Below are positions 38,322-48,392 of a stretch of 64,000 bases of DNA, one piece after another. The stretch spans positions 1,408,001-1,472,000 of the forward strand of contig CBDFIJ010000004.1 of assembly GCA_965248055.1 (NCBI GenBank). Direction: 5' to 3'. This DNA is from Candidatus Multivoradales bacterium. GTDB taxonomy: Bacteria; Acidobacteriota; Thermoanaerobaculia; Multivoradales; JAHEKO01. Both the position numbers and the translations under genes were made by a program. The number at the start of each line of letters is the position of its first letter. Position 1 is the stretch's first letter. The notes beneath the pieces are model-generated. The model searched no databases and was not told the DNA's origin. It saw only the letters and a program-made list of their open reading frames with translations.

Positions 38322-39404
38322 TCATATGTTGAGGAAGAATTCTTGAATGTGGACAAAGTACTTAAGATTGAACAGCCAGCGGCAGTACATCTTGATCGGC
38401 ATCAACATCATGGTCAGAAACAGGGTCATGCCTAGCGCGTAGCGGGGAGCTCCCATCTTCTGAAAGAAACGGCCAAAGTACTTGGTCCGCGCTAGCAACA
38501 GCGGCAGCAGAAAGAAATACCCTCCCACCAGCAGTAGCCCTGGGAGTTCTCGGATCAGCCAGTGGCTGGGCAAGCCCATCTCCAGCATCTTGATCCAAAA
38601 GACTTCCGACAAGTCGACGTTGACCAAAGGTTCAACTTTATTGGGGTCCCAAAATTCAAACGGGCCAAAGAAGTTCCAGTTGGGTCCACGCAAGAACGTA
38701 CCGATGACGATTAGTTGACTCCACAGCAAGACAAAGCCGAACATGAAAATGCCGATCTCTGGCTTGCGCTCGGCGAAGGTGTAGTAGCCATTGCCCTTCT
38801 TATTGGTGTCGATATAGGGAATTGCCATCAACCCCAGGATGATCAAACTGGGAAGAACCACTCCCGCCATCCAGGGGTCGAAGTAGACCAACATCTCCTG
38901 CAGACCGAGGAAATACCAAGGCGCCTTGGAGGGATTGGGAGCCACCGAGGGGTCAGCCGGCTCTTCCAACGGAGCTTTCAAGACAATCGACCAGACCACC
39001 ATGGCGACGGTCAAAAGCACCATGCAGATGAACTCAGAAAAGACTAAGTCTGGCCAGGTGAAAATCTTGTCTTCGGCTTCGCTCTTTTCAAAAGTCGGCT
39101 CACCGCGCGCAATCAGGTCATCGTTGCGCTGGGCTTTGTACATCGCGAACCAGACAAAGAATCCCACCAAGAAAATCATCATGGTGATCGGCACGTTGTC
39201 GGCCTTGGCCACCACCAGGAAAAAATTTGCGTCGAAAAAAGCCAGCACGTAGAAAATCGTGCCACCAATCAAAAGCGTCCAACCACCCCGTTTGGTCCAC
39301 AGAAAGCGGGTGCGAAAGGCAACGAGAAAAGCTATTACCGAGAGGGTAAACGACCACTGTGGGTAGGACAGCGTATTGATGACACCCTTGATCCAATCCA
39401 GCAT
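38322..39404 (-). CDS. Cytochrome b C-terminal / subunit IV-like protein with extra TM helices
   Basis: TWPDLVFSE, APLEEPADP, PNPSKAPWYFLGLQE (Qo-motif position), PYID. Confidence 0.88.
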   Translation of the reverse strand: MLDWIKGVINTLSYPQWSFTLSVIAFLVAFRTRFLWTKRGGWTLLIGGTIFYVLAFFDANFFLVVAKADNVPITMMIFLVGFFVWFAMYKAQRNDDLIARGEPTFEKSEAEDKIFTWPDLVFSEFICMVLLTVAMVVWSIVLKAPLEEPADPSVAPNPSKAPWYFLGLQEMLVYFDPWMAGVVLPSLIILGLMAIPYIDTNKKGNGYYTFAERKPEIGIFMFGFVLLWSQLIVIGTFLRGPNWNFFGPFEFWDPNKVEPLVNVDLSEVFWIKMLEMGLPSHWLIRELPGLLLVGGYFFLLPLLLARTKYFGRFFQKMGAPRYALGMTLFLTMMLMPIKMYCRWLFNLKYFVHIQEFFLNI

Positions 39405-39440
39405 TGAGTTACCCGTTCCTCTTCCTTCTCGGTCAGCCTA

Positions 39441-39620
39441 AGCCTGGGTTATTCATGAAGTTGAAAGCAGACTGGAGAGAGCGTCGACGAAATCGGGCCA
39501 ATCGCGGCGAGGAGCGCCGCAGGCAACCTTGCTGGTTGTTGAGGACGCGACGAGCGAGGACCGCACGAGCTGACTGACGATCTCTCCAAGATGCACTGAC
39601 GCTCATGAATTATCCAGGCT
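39441..39620. mobile_element. MITE-like element, copy 1
   Basis: 18-bp terminal inverted repeats AGCCTGGGTTATTCATGA / TCATGAATTATCCAGGCT (16/18); homologous to 48198-48392; no ORF. Confidence 0.8.
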
Positions 39621-40398
39621 ATGCCGGGCTTGAGATCCCGCCGTCCTTACGTACGCGCCAAAAGTGCACCGCCATCAGCCATGCCGCGACCAGCGGAATG
39701 CCGACACAGTGCAATACATAGAATCGAATCAAAGTACCGCCACCCAACGACCGCCCAGCGATCAAAGCGAAACGGGCATCACTGCCGACATGAATCAGTT
39801 TTGTGCCGCCGATCGAAAGTAGTGCTGCCCCTGGCCCTTCGTGGCCTAAGAAGGGCGTCGCCCTAGCCATATTGGACCCCACAGTAATCGCCCAGATGGC
39901 TAGCTGATCCCACGGCAATAGGTAGCCGGTAAACGACAACAGCAGGGTCAAGACCAGCAACAACACACCGATATTCCAGTTGAACTCACGCGGTGGCTTA
40001 TATGACCCGGTCATAAACACCCGAAACATGTGCAGCCAAACGGCGATCACCATCGCGTGCGCAGCCCATCGATGCAACTCGCGCATGACGCCAAACGCCG
40101 CGACTTCCCGTAGATCGAGCATGTCGGCGTAGGCGAGATCCACGGTCGGCCGGTAATAGAACATCAACAACAGACCGGTGATGGTCTCGACCAAGAAAAG
40201 AAAGAACGCGGTGCCACCCATGCACCAGGTGTAGCTCATGCGAATGCCCGACTTCTTGACCTTGATCGGGTGCAGGTGCAACACCACGTTGCCCAACATC
40301 GCCAGCGCCCGTTTGCGGTTGTCAGTGGGAATACCAACCCGGAAGATGGACTTCCAGATCTGAGATTTGACGATGCTCTTTTGCAGATTCTTTAGCAT
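39619..40398 (-). CDS. Cytochrome b6-like N-terminal cytochrome b
   Basis: TWCMGG (heme ci Cys position), HRWAAH...HMFRV, TGYLLPWDQ, RFYVLH...HF. Confidence 0.93.
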   Translation of the reverse strand: MLKNLQKSIVKSQIWKSIFRVGIPTDNRKRALAMLGNVVLHLHPIKVKKSGIRMSYTWCMGGTAFFLFLVETITGLLLMFYYRPTVDLAYADMLDLREVAAFGVMRELHRWAAHAMVIAVWLHMFRVFMTGSYKPPREFNWNIGVLLLVLTLLLSFTGYLLPWDQLAIWAITVGSNMARATPFLGHEGPGAALLSIGGTKLIHVGSDARFALIAGRSLGGGTLIRFYVLHCVGIPLVAAWLMAVHFWRVRKDGGISSPA

Positions 40399-40416
40399 TC
40401 AGATTCCCGTAGCTAG

Positions 40417-41034
40417 CTAGATTGCAAGGTAGGAGGCAGGATCTTCCCACTGACCCATTTCCCACTGAAATTTCTGTCCCTTGTCGACCACGATCTGTCC
40501 GTCGTCCGGGCTGACCGAGATCTTCGCGCGCTCTAGAGGCCGTGGAGTTGGTCCTTCAAAGTTGATCCCACTCTTGTAGTAACCACTACCGTGGCAGGGA
40601 CACTTGAACTTGTTTTGTGCATCCAACCATGCAGGGGGACAACCCAGGTGGGTGCATACGGCAAACAGCGCGTACAACTCACCGTCGTTGTTAACGATGA
40701 ACACACCATTTGATTCCTTGAACCGCTCATCGACCACACCTTCCGGAAAGTCGCCTAGAAAACCAACTTTGAAACTGTTGGGCGGTTCATACAGAACGTT
40801 GGGAAACATGAAGCGACCGAAGGCGGTCATGCATCCGCCAATGGCTGCGGTAAAACCCACCCAAGCCACCGCCGCCCAGGAGAAGAAACCGCGACGGGAG
40901 ACTTCCTTATCTAACGCAGCCTTGGGTTTGGGTTTCTTGGGGGCCGCCGCTGGCGTGGACTCTTTGCCCGGTTGGGGCGCGGTTTCAGTTACCGTCGGTT
41001 CCGCGCCTTGGGTGTTGTCTGGTTGGTCGGTCAT
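40417..41034 (-). CDS. Rieske iron-sulfur subunit
   Basis: Tat motif SRRGFF, CTHLGC, CPCHGSGY, GPTPRPL; start reset to MTDQPD. Confidence 0.93.
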   Translation of the reverse strand: MTDQPDNTQGAEPTVTETAPQPGKESTPAAAPKKPKPKAALDKEVSRRGFFSWAAVAWVGFTAAIGGCMTAFGRFMFPNVLYEPPNSFKVGFLGDFPEGVVDERFKESNGVFIVNNDGELYALFAVCTHLGCPPAWLDAQNKFKCPCHGSGYYKSGINFEGPTPRPLERAKISVSPDDGQIVVDKGQKFQWEMGQWEDPASYLAI

Positions 41035-41678
41035 CGTGTTTTGGGACGAACACCGACACGCTCCGCCCCTCCTCCTGGTGCGCGCTGTCGGCTGTCGCCG
41101 TGGCGCATTCTCTCGGTCAGGGTTGGAGAGTGTCAAGCGAAGCGATTGCCGAGACTAGATATCTTGCCGATCGACACCGCCAATTCCAGTTCCAGGAGGC
41201 ACCGGAATCGTCACCTTTCTGCCATTTACAGCTCCACTCGATCAAACCACCAAGCAACTTTTTCTAACATGTCTGCAAGAGAATCCAAGGAGGACAGCAC
41301 CTACTTCTGGCTCCAGACAGCTCTGTTGCAAGACAGCACTCCATTGACGGAGAACTCGCGCACCTCGATCTTCCGGGACACAACCGACCGCAACTCATCG
41401 ACCGATGAAAGTAACCCGGCGCCAACCGCTTGGTAGTTCCAGCGCGTCTGGATGTTTAGTCCGTCAACACTCTGCCTTCAGCCACTGTTGCGGTGGGTAA
41501 TCGTGACGGGAAGCTGAGGTTAAACTCATAGCAATCCGCACCCCAACGATCCCTAAGAGAAAGCCTCAACACCGTGTCGGCGAAGGACGCGGAAGCTCGG
41601 CAAGTACCAAGGTCGCAAGCCTTCCGATACCATCCGCAGCGTAACAAGAGCCCGACCCATTCAGATCTCGGAGAATTT

Positions 41679-43433
41679 ATGATCAAACAGCCCCTCAAGC
41701 TACCCACCCTTCTTTCTATCGTCTGGCTATCAATTTTGTCTCTGGCCAGCGCCTGCACGCCAACCGCTGAACCGATCATCCACAGCAGCGAATGGGACAG
41801 CTTCGCCGATCAATTCATAGAGGGCTTTCTGGTCGCACATCCGGTGTTCGCGGTGCAGGCTGGAAGGCATGAATTTGACGGACAGTTGCCCGACTGGAGT
41901 GCCGCGGGGATCGCCGCAGAAATCGAACGCCTTGAGACCGCGCGTGAAAAGGCCAACGCGTTCGCCGGCGAGGCGCTCTCAGACGCACAGCTTTACCAGC
42001 GCGAGTACCTGATTTCTGAGATCGACGATGTCCTCTTCTGGCATCGCGACGCGCGCTGGCCCTTTCGCAATCCGCAGTATTACTTTGGCTGGATCCTCGA
42101 TTCCTTCTCTCCCAGCCCCTACATCACCCTGACTTATGCACCGATCGAGGAACGGATGCAGGCGTTCACCAAGTATCTACGAGCGGTACCCCGCGCGGTG
42201 GCACAAGCCCGAGAAAACCTGGAAACGCCGATGCCCCGCACTTGGATCGACTACGGGGTGGCGTCGTTTGGTGGCATGGCTCAGTACTTCACCGACGACG
42301 TGCCGTTGATCTGGGAGGAGGTCGAGGATGAGGCGCTGCAGGCGGAGTTTGCCGAGGCCAATGCCGTCGCCGCCGAGGCCATGGCCTCGATGTCCGAGTA
42401 CTTGGAAGGCTTGCGCAGAGATCAAACCGAGAATTTTGTCCTCGGAGCTACCTTGTTTTCTAAGATGCTCTACGACACCGAACGCGTCGATCTGCCTCTC
42501 GATCAACTGGAGGCGATCGGCCGCGCAGACCTGAAGCGCAATCAGGACTCCCTCGCTGCCGCTTGCCAAGAGTTCGCTCCTGGCGAGTCGGTCCGCAATT
42601 GCTTCGCCCGTATGGCCAATCGCAAGCCTGAAGGAGGGGCGGTGGTCGCCGCAACCGCACAACTCGGCGAGTTGAAAATCTTCATGGAACAGCAAGATCT
42701 GGTCACCATCCCAGGAACCGAGGAAGCACGGGTTGCCGAGGCACCGGCCTACGCACGCTCCAATTCGGCGTACATCAACATCCCTGGTGCCTATGAAAAA
42801 GACCAGCCTTCGACCTACTACATCTCGCCGCCCGATCCCTCATGGCCGGAGGATGTCCAACGCGCCTACATCCCAGGCGAATCAGACCTGATGTTCACCT
42901 CGGTGCACGAAGTGTGGCCGGGGCACTTCCTCAACTTTCTGCACGCCAACCGCGCTGAGTGGACGTTTGGTCGAGTCTTCGTTGGCTATGCCTTCGCCGA
43001 AGGCTGGGCGCACTACACCGAAGAAATGGTGGTGGAAGCGGGCTTGAGAGATGCCGACCCCGAAACCCGGATCGGCCAACTTTCCAACGCTTTGCTGCGC
43101 AACGCCCGCTACCTATCTGCGATCGGTCTACATACCCAAGGATGGACGGTCGAAGAGTCGCAAGCGTTCTTTCAGAATGAGGCCTACCAAGACGAAGGCA
43201 CCGCTCGGCAGCAGGCGTCGCGCGGCACCTACGACCCGGCCTACCTCAACTACAACATGGGCAAGCTGATGATCCTCAAGCTGCGTGAAGACTGGACCGC
43301 CACGCGGGGCGGCCGGGAGGCATGGAAAGAGTTCCACGATACTTTCCTGTCCTTCGGTGGACCGCCGATCCCATTGGTACGCGGGCAGATGATGGGTGAA
43401 CAACCCAAGACAGTCCTATTTGGGCAGAAGTAA
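41679..43433 (+). CDS. DUF885 family lipoprotein (putative metallopeptidase)
   Basis: Lipobox ASAC; HEVWPGH, EGWAHYTE, YNMGKL; start reset to MIKQPL after GGAGA. Confidence 0.88.
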   Translation: MIKQPLKLPTLLSIVWLSILSLASACTPTAEPIIHSSEWDSFADQFIEGFLVAHPVFAVQAGRHEFDGQLPDWSAAGIAAEIERLETAREKANAFAGEALSDAQLYQREYLISEIDDVLFWHRDARWPFRNPQYYFGWILDSFSPSPYITLTYAPIEERMQAFTKYLRAVPRAVAQARENLETPMPRTWIDYGVASFGGMAQYFTDDVPLIWEEVEDEALQAEFAEANAVAAEAMASMSEYLEGLRRDQTENFVLGATLFSKMLYDTERVDLPLDQLEAIGRADLKRNQDSLAAACQEFAPGESVRNCFARMANRKPEGGAVVAATAQLGELKIFMEQQDLVTIPGTEEARVAEAPAYARSNSAYINIPGAYEKDQPSTYYISPPDPSWPEDVQRAYIPGESDLMFTSVHEVWPGHFLNFLHANRAEWTFGRVFVGYAFAEGWAHYTEEMVVEAGLRDADPETRIGQLSNALLRNARYLSAIGLHTQGWTVEESQAFFQNEAYQDEGTARQQASRGTYDPAYLNYNMGKLMILKLREDWTATRGGREAWKEFHDTFLSFGGPPIPLVRGQMMGEQPKTVLFGQK

Positions 43434-43834
43434 CGCCTTCACGAAACCGTGCAAGCAACTACGTCGTGAGCGCACGAATCACCATCATTTGGGACTACGA
43501 CGGCGCGATCGCGCACCTACATCTACGATTGGAACGCAGATTCGACAGCCAAAACTCGCCTTCTGCTGAGTAGTGTTCTTGCCCAAGCGTTGCGGGTGGG
43601 CTCTCCCTCTATTCAAGCCTCGCCCATAGCGAAGCCGATCGACAACTGCTCAAACAAGCTGGATATCTAGCCAGAGAACGCCGGTCAAAGTGATCCATCA
43701 TCCAGCCTCAGCCATGGCGAATCAGCGACACTTCCACTATTCCCTGTTTGACGCCGACGGCAACCTCTGAACGTCCGCAACACGCCTTACACCCGCAGAC
43801 CCGCTCTGCTCAAACTAACTACAGGCGTTCGGGA

Positions 43835-45793
43835 TTAGGGTTTCACTAGGTTTTCGGACTCTCTGAGACGAAACAGCCAACGCCGCCCGGTGGTTACAAC
43901 TTCAACATCTGAGCGCTCTCCGAATCCACGCAAGTCCACTCGTACGTTTCGATGCCGGCGCTCGGGCTCCGACACGACATAGTTGACACCCATCGAGCGG
44001 AGTCGATCCAGGCACTCCGGTTCCTTGGGAAGGAACCCTTTGCAGATCTCGGTCAACTGAAAATATCCCCTGGGAAGAGAACCACTGTGTCCGTTGACCA
44101 ATGGTTTCCGGTGAAACGTCTGCTGGTACATGCGCCTCGCTTCGCTTCCGTGCCCGATGCGAAACGGAAGCTCGACCACACCGCGAACATCATCTCGATC
44201 TCGGAGTGCCTGATAGGCCGGAGCGAGGTCTGACTCCGTGCCGACGAATACCCACCGCCGATTCTGTGGCAACAGTTCCATAAACAATATTGCGCCACAC
44301 AAGACCACCACAGTCTTTACTCGAGTTGATCGGGAGCGCAGTACTTCCACCCCCGCTGCAATTAGCAAGGCGATTGCCAGAGAGACAAACACGTTGAAAC
44401 GAGAAATCACCCGCATCCCGCTAAATCCCGGTAGACGACCTAAGGTGTAGAAATAGAAAACCGGCAAAATAAAAAATACCGAAACCGCACCGATCCACAA
44501 CCAACCCCGCGTCCACTTGTCTCCCATACGCAATCGCAAAGGACGAAAATCGCTTCGCCACCAGACACTCCCGACGATCAGAATGCCTACGATGAGAAAT
44601 TGAAACGGTCGGAGATATCCGCGAGCTAAAGAAATGCCAAGAAACCGCGGCCAAGTAGTCAGCGTGTAGGCATCCGCCAATAGAGCACCCACAAAACACG
44701 AGCCGACACCAAACCAGGTAGCCCCTCTAGTCCAAAGCGGGAGTTTCCTCCAGCCGATGAAATCGATCTTTATCAAAGAAGCAGCGCCCAACCCCGCCAA
44801 CACAAGCGCTACCAACCCAGGGAAGAGACGTGAGTGACCTCGACGCAACTGTGATGGCCAGATATCCGCCCAACGATAACGGGCGTGGGCATTCAAGAAA
44901 CTGCTGGTGGCAATCTCAGTATGCCGCAGTTGGTCCATCCCTCTCGCGCTCGTAACCCCGGCTCGCTCCGCTTGAAGATAGGGAACATAGAGTGTTGCCA
45001 TCATCGCCACAGCAAGCGTGCCGACAATCGCCACCACAATCCCCTTGGTGGGTATCCGGAGAGCAGCGATCGACTCACGCCATCGAACGATCAAGATCAC
45101 CGCCAGAGCCACGTGAATCATGAACGCCAAGTACGCACCACCACTTACATGCAGTGCGTAGAACGCGAGAAACAGCACCCCCCTGCGAGCGCTCGGTTTT
45201 TCCAGCAACCGATCAAAAGCCCAGAGAGTCAACGGGACCCACTGAGCCAGCAAGACTTGAATATGGCTCAGCGTGGACATCCGGTACGGTGAAAAGGCAA
45301 ACCAAAATCCCGCCAAAGCCGCGGCGGGCGCAGAAAACCGGCGACGAAGTACCCAGTAAGTTGCAAACCCTGACAGTAAAAAAGACCCCAAGAAAAGGAT
45401 ATTGAAGCTCAAGACCGAGCCGCCGATCTGATCAGTCAACTTCATCCATACAGCGGGGCCAAGTAGATGGTCTGAGCGAGCGGTTGACCACGTTTCGGGA
45501 AAGAAGAACGGAGCGTGCCAAAACCCTTCCAAGCTGGGTAGACACGAAGCAGCCCACTTTAGGATCGACAGAGTAAATAGCGGGTCTCCTGGATCCGACG
45601 CTACGGAATTAAACAACTTGGCCGAATTCTTCGGCCACAAGTAAGTGAAAACCCCCAACCCCAGCCAAACCACGACCAACCAATGCTCCCAGCTCTTTCT
45701 GTTTAGAGGCAGGGCTCGCTGGGACAAATCTGGTACCGCACCCGAGGTCGGGTTCGACGGCCAAGGTTGATCGCGTTGCTTCGAGAGAGTCAT
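43835..45793 (-). CDS. Multi-pass membrane protein, probable GT-C fold glycosyltransferase (YfhO-like)
   Basis: DPGDPL acidic loop after TM1, AFSPYR, MRVISRF, VVELP...YQQTFHRKPLVNGHSG. Confidence 0.72.
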   Translation of the reverse strand: MTLSKQRDQPWPSNPTSGAVPDLSQRALPLNRKSWEHWLVVVWLGLGVFTYLWPKNSAKLFNSVASDPGDPLFTLSILKWAASCLPSLEGFWHAPFFFPETWSTARSDHLLGPAVWMKLTDQIGGSVLSFNILFLGSFLLSGFATYWVLRRRFSAPAAALAGFWFAFSPYRMSTLSHIQVLLAQWVPLTLWAFDRLLEKPSARRGVLFLAFYALHVSGGAYLAFMIHVALAVILIVRWRESIAALRIPTKGIVVAIVGTLAVAMMATLYVPYLQAERAGVTSARGMDQLRHTEIATSSFLNAHARYRWADIWPSQLRRGHSRLFPGLVALVLAGLGAASLIKIDFIGWRKLPLWTRGATWFGVGSCFVGALLADAYTLTTWPRFLGISLARGYLRPFQFLIVGILIVGSVWWRSDFRPLRLRMGDKWTRGWLWIGAVSVFFILPVFYFYTLGRLPGFSGMRVISRFNVFVSLAIALLIAAGVEVLRSRSTRVKTVVVLCGAILFMELLPQNRRWVFVGTESDLAPAYQALRDRDDVRGVVELPFRIGHGSEARRMYQQTFHRKPLVNGHSGSLPRGYFQLTEICKGFLPKEPECLDRLRSMGVNYVVSEPERRHRNVRVDLRGFGERSDVEVVTTGRRWLFRLRESENLVKP

Positions 45794-45990
45794 GTCTACG
45801 AAAACTCGGTAGCAGTAACTGTTCTCCGGCTCCCGTTGTCGAGAAGACGGATCCACATATGGCAGTAGCGAATTGCTACTACGTTCAAGCTGACAGGCAA
45901 ACCCTATCACTCAAGACAGCAATCACCGCTCTTTGTTCTAGAAATTTGGCTCTAGTTAGTACGAGATCAACGGGCGCGGAAAAGCAGTTG

Positions 45991-46779
45991 CTAGTTGCAT
46001 TCCCTTTGCACCAGAAAACTGCTCATCAAGCGCGCAATATCGTGAGGTCGCTCAACCGCACTTAAGTGACCAGCCCCCGGGATGGTATGGAGTTCTGATC
46101 CCGCTATCTGCCGGGCCATTTCTTGCGCGTGATGCGGCGGGGTGGCGTGGTCTTCCGCGCCCACCGCAATCAAGGTAGGTACGTTGACTGATGAGAGGTC
46201 GACACCACTTCGACCAAACACTGCGTTCATTGCATTGCCCAAGTGGACGCGGTCGAAAGTTCGCAACAGAGAGATCAATTCGGTGATGCGCTCGGGATGG
46301 TGATCCCGTGTCTCGCTCCCGAACATCGCGCTCGACAGCTTGTTGACCGGGAGAAAGCCAGTTTTTTGGTACAGCCATGCCAGTGCCCGATACTGCAGGC
46401 GTTGCATCGGTGGTTCGGAGCTCGCGGAGGTGTCCAACAAGATCAACCCGCGTACCCGTTTCGGGGTCCGCAACGCCAGTCGCATCGCGGTGAAACCACC
46501 GGTTGACAGGCCGCCACAGATCGCCGATTCATGGCCCTCGGTATCCAGAATCGCCAACCAGTCATCCACCAGATCATCCAAACTGAAGGGCACCGGTGCG
46601 GTGGACTCTCCATGTCCCCGCAACTCAACATTGATCACCGTGCAGTGCTCTTCGATGGTCTCGAGGACGCCATCCCACATTCCTCGGGTGCAAAACAGAC
46701 TATGTCCCAAGATCAAAGGGGGTCCTGTACCGCTTACGGTGTAAGCGACGCGAGCACCTGGGCGGTCAAGAAATGGCAT
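45991..46779 (-). CDS. Alpha/beta hydrolase (enol-lactonase-like)
   Basis: ELRGHGES, GLSTGG nucleophile elbow, GAEDHATP, GAGHLS. Confidence 0.9.
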   Translation of the reverse strand: MPFLDRPGARVAYTVSGTGPPLILGHSLFCTRGMWDGVLETIEEHCTVINVELRGHGESTAPVPFSLDDLVDDWLAILDTEGHESAICGGLSTGGFTAMRLALRTPKRVRGLILLDTSASSEPPMQRLQYRALAWLYQKTGFLPVNKLSSAMFGSETRDHHPERITELISLLRTFDRVHLGNAMNAVFGRSGVDLSSVNVPTLIAVGAEDHATPPHHAQEMARQIAGSELHTIPGAGHLSAVERPHDIARLMSSFLVQRECN

Positions 46780-46913
46780 CAGAGAAAACCCCTGCAAGTC
46801 AGGTTGACTCTGATTCTACGCTGACTGTTTCCGTATTGCGTTCGCCCAAATGCCAAGTTGTTGCCGCAGTTGGTAAAGCTTGGCACCGACTACGGGCGGC
46901 AGATCAGGAGTAC

Positions 46914-47846
46914 CTAGGAAGAGCTTTTCGCAGCTGCTCTGGCCGCATCCCGAATTCGTAGGCTCGGATCGTCAGCCAGCCGACCGATCGCCTCGACCGC
47001 TTCGCTTCCACCGACTCGGCTCAAACCCTCAATACCTGCGAGGATGACTTCTTCGATCTGGCCAGCTTGGATCTCGGAAACCGCCGCCACTTTGTCGCGG
47101 TCGACCATCTCCAACAACACCCGAAGACCGGCGTCGGATCCCTGAGCTGCCAGGGTGGCTGCGGCATTCCAGCGCACGTCAGCGGTACTGTCTCCCAGGG
47201 CAGCGATCAGCGCCTCGGTTGCCTTGGGAGTACGAATCTCCCCCAGGGCGTGAGCGGCGATCTTGCGTACTCCAGGATCATTGTCGTTGAGAGCAGCGAT
47301 TAACTGTTGTTCACCACGCAGATCGCCCATCACCCCCAGCGCCCACAGCGCATAAATGCGCAACTGAGGATCCTCACCCTCGGCCGCGGCCACCAACGCG
47401 GGAACCGCTTCATGATCCCCGGTGTAGCCAAGAACCAGGGCCAAGTAGCGACGAATCGCGTCGTCGTCCGTCTCCGTGAACAGTGCCCGCACCCTAGAAC
47501 GAGCCGCCGGGTCTTCACTCAACGCCTCGGGGTCGGCCAGCAGAATTTTCGACAGTTCATAGGCGGCCTGAGTGCGGCGCGGTTTCCAGCCGTGCGAAAG
47601 ATCGTTGACGAAATCGCCGACTTCGCTGCCGTCGTAGGCCAACCAGCCGAAGCCGAGAAACACCCCGACACTCGCCAAAACCACCAGCAAAGGCACCACA
47701 AACAGGCCTAGAAATCCGCGCAATGCGGAATTGGTTTCCGGCTCTTCGGCCTCTACGGTTGGGAGGTCGGCTCTGAGGTCAGCATGGCTGACGCTGGGTT
47801 CGTCCTGAGGGTTCAAATCCTGGGTCTGGGGATCGTCGTGGTGCAT
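46914..47846 (-). CDS. Membrane-anchored HEAT-repeat protein
   Basis: One TM helix, then repeats of the form AL.D....VR..AA.ALG. Confidence 0.85.
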   Translation of the reverse strand: MHHDDPQTQDLNPQDEPSVSHADLRADLPTVEAEEPETNSALRGFLGLFVVPLLVVLASVGVFLGFGWLAYDGSEVGDFVNDLSHGWKPRRTQAAYELSKILLADPEALSEDPAARSRVRALFTETDDDAIRRYLALVLGYTGDHEAVPALVAAAEGEDPQLRIYALWALGVMGDLRGEQQLIAALNDNDPGVRKIAAHALGEIRTPKATEALIAALGDSTADVRWNAAATLAAQGSDAGLRVLLEMVDRDKVAAVSEIQAGQIEEVILAGIEGLSRVGGSEAVEAIGRLADDPSLRIRDAARAAAKSSS

Positions 47847-47905
47847 CGCTGGCGGAGCATATCGGACCTGCGCCAGGACAGGTCAGCTATTCCCTGAATC
47901 TATTC

Positions 47906-48193
47906 CTAGAGCAAGAAGTCGCGGGTGAAGTAGTCGGACAGGGTGATGCCGAAGAGGATCGCCAAGAACAAGATTCCAGTGACCACCGCCAGTTTGTTGA
48001 CTCGCGAGGCGTGGCGGATGTGCATGAAGAACAACACCACTAGGGTCGCCTTGGTAATCGCAATCAGCATCGCGACGACATCGTTCCAACCCCCTAGATC
48101 GACAAAGGCAACGGCAACCGTCGCCGCGGTGAGAACCATCAATGCGCCGAAAATAACTAGGTAAGTTGGGATCCTGGTTACGTGTTTAGACAT
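47906..48193 (-). CDS. caa3-type oxidase subunit IV
   Basis: YLVIFGALMVLT, KATLVVLFFMH, SDYFTR. Confidence 0.9.
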   Translation of the reverse strand: MSKHVTRIPTYLVIFGALMVLTAATVAVAFVDLGGWNDVVAMLIAITKATLVVLFFMHIRHASRVNKLAVVTGILFLAILFGITLSDYFTRDFLL

Positions 48194-48197
48194 GACT

Positions 48198-48392
48198 AGC
48201 CTGGGTAATTCATGAAGTTGGACGCAGATTGGTGAAAGCGTCGGTCAGATCGAGCCAACCGCAGCGAGGAGCGCCGGAAGCAACCTCGAAGGTTGTTGAG
48301 AACGCGACGAGCGAGGACCCCCGCGTAGACTAGCCTGTGAGATGACTGGCGATCTCGCCAAGATGATTGGACGCTCATGAATAATCCAGGCT
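48198..48392. mobile_element. MITE-like element, copy 2
   Basis: TIRs AGCCTGGGTAATTCATGA / TCATGAATAATCCAGGCT (16/18); homologous to copy 1. Confidence 0.8.

Noticed and set aside
38125-38356. 66-aa and 74-aa ORFs between subunit IV and the octaheme gene
   Set aside because: They lie over the repeat element and have no protein-like features.
41035-41678. Long divergent intergenic region with repeated GACAGC hexamers and track ORFs
   Set aside because: Irregular spacing, no recognisable RNA family, and no convincing coding signal.
43434-43834. Short protein-like fragments (ITIIWDYDGAI; MANQRHFHYSLFDADGNL*)
   Set aside because: Possibly gene relics, but too short to assign. The TGA is not in a redox motif.
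39441-48392. CRISPR or integron attC interpretation of the repeats
   Set aside because: Copies are dispersed, 180-200 bp long, with no spacers, cas genes or integrase, and they flank core respiratory genes.
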